24,843 nt of DNA. Source: Utricularia gibba. Taxonomy: Eukaryota > Plantae > Magnoliophyta. Positions within the stretch are counted from its first letter, which is position 1; every line of letters starts with the position of its first letter. The position numbers were made by a program, and so were the translations under genes. The stretch is taken from contig NEEC01000433.1 of assembly GCA_002189035.1 (NCBI GenBank), forward strand, positions 1-24,843, in the 5' to 3' direction. The notes beneath the pieces were generated by a model, which was not told the DNA's origin, did no database searches, and worked only from the letters and a program-made list of their open reading frames with translations. Below, piece after piece: positions 21,973-24,843 of this stretch.

Positions 21973-24843
21973 ATGCAAATCGATTAAAAAAAATGATGCA
22001 TTTGTTTAAATTGCGATATCATGTGCACCCCACATGATTTTTTCAACAACTTACTTTATACTTGAGGAGGCGGTCTTGGGGTGCAGCTGGAACGGGACAA
22101 AGGTAAGGTTTGGCTTGCGCCGAGAGTTAGTTGTAGCCCGACAAATAAAGTGATGTATTTATTATCGTTCGGTTTTCGGGGGCTGCCTACATGGTTTTTC
22201 AAGGAACCGCTTCTCGTTTTGTGGCGCCAGTCTCGCTGGGAACTTGGTCCTTGACCCGATTCTGTATGGCTCATGAGGTCAACCGGATGCAAATCGATTA
22301 AAAAAAATGATGCATTTGTTTAAATTGCGATATCACGTGCACCCCACATGATTTTTTCAACAACTTACTTTATACTTGAGGAGGCGGTCTTGGGTGCACT
22401 GGAACGGGACAAAGGTAAGGTTTGGCTTGCGCGAGAGTTAGTTGTAGCCCCAAATAAAGTGATGTATTTTTTATCGTTCGGTTTTCGGGGGCTGCCTACA
22501 TGGTTTTTCAAACCGCTTCTCGTTTTGTGGCGGCCAGTCTCGCTGGGAACTTGGTCCTTGACCCCGATTTGTATGGCTCATGAGGTCAACCGGATGCAAA
22601 TCGATTAAAAAAAATGATGCATTTGTTTAAATTGCGATATCACGTGCACCCCACATGATTTTTTTCAACAACTTACTTTATACTTGAGGAGGCGGTCTTG
22701 GGGTGCACCTGAACGGGACAAAGGTAAGGTTTGGCTTGCGCGAGAGTTAGTTGTAGCCCCAAATAAAGTGATGTATTTATATCGTTCGGTTTTCGGGGCT
22801 GCCTACATGGTTTTTCAAGGAACCGCTTCTCGTTTTGTGGCGCCAGTCTCGCTGGGAACTTGGTCCTTTACCCCGATTTTGTATGGCTCATGAGGTCAAC
22901 CGGATGCAAATCGATTAAAAAAAATGATGCATTTGTTTAAATTGCGATATCATTGCACCCACATGATTTTTTCAACAACTTACTTTATACTTGAGGAGGC
23001 GGTCTTGGGTGCACTGGAACGGGACAAAGGTAAGGTTTGGCTTGCGCGAGAGTTAGTTGTAGCCCAAATAAAGTGATGTATTTATTATCGTTCGGTTTTC
23101 GGGGGCTGCCTACATGGTTTTTCAAGGAACCGCTTCTCGTTTTGTGGCGCCAGTCTCGCTGGGAACTTGGTCCTTGACCCCGATTCTGTATGGCTCATGA
23201 GGTCAACCGGATGCAAATCGATTAAAAAAAATGATGCATTTGTTTAAATTGCGATATCATGTGCACCCCACATGATTTTTTCAACAACTTACTTTATACT
23301 TGAGGAGGCGGTCTTGGGTGCAGCTGGAACGGGACAAAGGTAAGGTTTGGCTTGCGGGAGAGTTAGTTGTAGCCCGGCAAATAAAGTGATGTATTTTTTA
23401 TCGTTCGGTTTTCGGGGGCTGCCTACATGGTTTTTCAGGAACCGCTTCTCGTTTGTGGCGGCCAGTCTCGCTGGGAACTTGGTCCTTGACCCCGATTCTG
23501 TATGGCTCATGAGGTCAACCGGATGCAAATCGATTAAAAAAAATGATGCATTTGTTTAAATTGCGATATCACGTGCACCCCACATGATTTTTTCAACAAC
23601 TTACTTTATACTTGGGGAGGCGGTCTTGGGGTGCACCTTGAACGGGACAAAGGTAAGGTTTGGCTTGCGCCGAGAGTTAGTTATAGCCCAAATAAAGTGA
23701 TATTTATATCGTTCGGTTTTCGGGGGCTCCTACATGGTTTTTCAAGGAACCGCTTCTCGTTTTGTGGCGGCCAGTCTCGCTGGGAACTTGGTCCTTGACC
23801 CCGATTCTGTATGGCTCATGAGGTCAACCGATGCAAATCGATTAAAAAAATGATGCATTTGTTTAAATTGCGATATCATGTGCACCCCACATGATTTTTT
23901 CAACAACTTACTTTATACTTGAGGAGGCGGTCTTGGGGTGCACTGAACGGGACAAAGGTAAGGTTTGGCTTGCGCGAGAGTTAGTTGTAGCCCGACAAAT
24001 AAAGTGATGTATTTATTCGTTCGGTTTTCGGGCTGCCTACATGGTTTTTCAAGGAACCGCTTCTCGTTTTGTGGCGGCCAGTCTCGCTGGGAACTTGGTC
24101 CTTGACCCCGATTCTGTATGGCTCATGAGGTCAACCGGATGCAAATCATTAAAAAAAATGATGCATTTGTTTAAATTGCGATATCACGTGCACCCACATG
24201 ATTTTTTCAACAACTTACTTTATACTTGAGGAGGCGGTCTTGGGGTGCAGCTGGAACGGGACAAAGGTAAGGTTTGGCTTGCGGCGAGAGTTAGTTGTAG
24301 CCCGGCAAATAAAGTGATGTATTTTTTATCGTTCGGTTTTCGGGGGCTGCCTACATGGTTTTTCAAGGAACCGCTTCTCGTTTTGTGGCGGCCAGTCTCG
24401 CTGGGAACTTGGTTTTTGACCCCGATTCTGTATGGCTCATGAGGTCAACCGGATGCAAATCGATTAAAAAAAATGATGCATTTGTTTAAATTGCGATATG
24501 ACGTGCACCCCACATGATTTTTTCAACAACTTACTTTATACTTGGGGAGGCGGTCTTGGGTGCACCTTGAACGGGACAAAGGTAAGGTTTGGCTTGCGCC
24601 GAGAGTTAGTTATAGCCCCACAAATAAAGTGATAAATTTGATATCGTTCGGTTTTCGGGGACTACCTACATGGTTTTTCAAGGAACCGCTTCTCGTTTTG
24701 TGGCGGCCAGTCTCGCTGGGAATTGGTCCTTGACCCGATTCTGTATGGCTCATGAGGTCAACCGGATGCAAATCGATTAAAAAAAAATGATGCATTTGTT
24801 TAAATTGCGATATCACGTGCACCCCACATGATTTTTTCAACAA

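Larger units (their letters stand above)
1..24843. repeat. Tandem satellite-type array, ~313-316 bp unit, 81 full copies plus a partial copy, open at both window ends
   Basis: The anchor ATGCAAATCG recurs at 1, 307, 617, 924, 1237, 1548, 1860, 2168, 2480, 2793 ... 24139, 24453, 24766 (82 starts counted by hand, including single-base variants at 7599 and 15822). Most spacings are 307-315 bp; the mean is ~306 bp because of deletions. No unique sequence lies between copies and none is inverted. Confidence 0.98.

Noticed and set aside
71-24843. About 70 short ORFs (60-103 aa) on both strands with recurring peptides such as ERDKGKVWLAPRVSCSP and GFSRNRFSFCGGQSRWELGP
   Set aside because: They are all the same repeat read in shifting frames. 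Frames change with homopolymer indels, many start at alternative codons, I recognise no protein family, and the consensus has stops in all three forward frames (TAA 13-15, TAA 35-37, TGA 63-65), so no continuous rolling-circle ORF exists on that strand.
1-24843. CRISPR array
   Set aside because: There are no unique spacers; the full ~315 bp is repeated, far beyond CRISPR repeat length, and no cas genes are present.

Overview
The whole window is one head-to-tail tandem array of a ~313-316 bp unit: 81 complete copies plus a 78-bp partial copy, all in the same orientation and running off both ends. My hand-built consensus (316 bp, ~53.5% AT) is ATGCAAATCGATTAAAAAAAATGATGCATTTGTTTAAATTGCGATATCACGTGCACCCCACATGATTTTTTCAACAACTTACTTTATACTTGAGGAGGCGGTCTTGGGGTGCACCTGGAACGGGACAAAGGTAAGGTTTGGCTTGCGCCGAGAGTTAGTTGTAGCCCGGCAAATAAAGTGATGTATTTATTATCGTTCGGTTTTCGGGGGCTGCCTACATGGTTTTTCAAGGAACCGCTTCTCGTTTTGTGGCGGCCAGTCTCGCTGGGAACTTGGTCCTTGACCCCGATTCTGTATGGCTCATGAGGTCAACCGG. 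I find no supportable protein-coding gene, RNA gene, CRISPR array or mobile element; all listed ORFs are readings of the repeat. The best reading is eukaryotic, probably plant-type, satellite DNA seen through noisy, deletion-biased long-read sequence. It has three nested levels of structure: (1) each unit is a diverged dimer of ~157-bp monomers; (2) the ~315-bp unit is well homogenised; (3) from about 10.0 to 22.0 kb, variant alleles recur every 7 units (~2.18 kb higher-order repeat). All counts and alignments were done by eye and need computational confirmation. I found no evidence for a new gene system.
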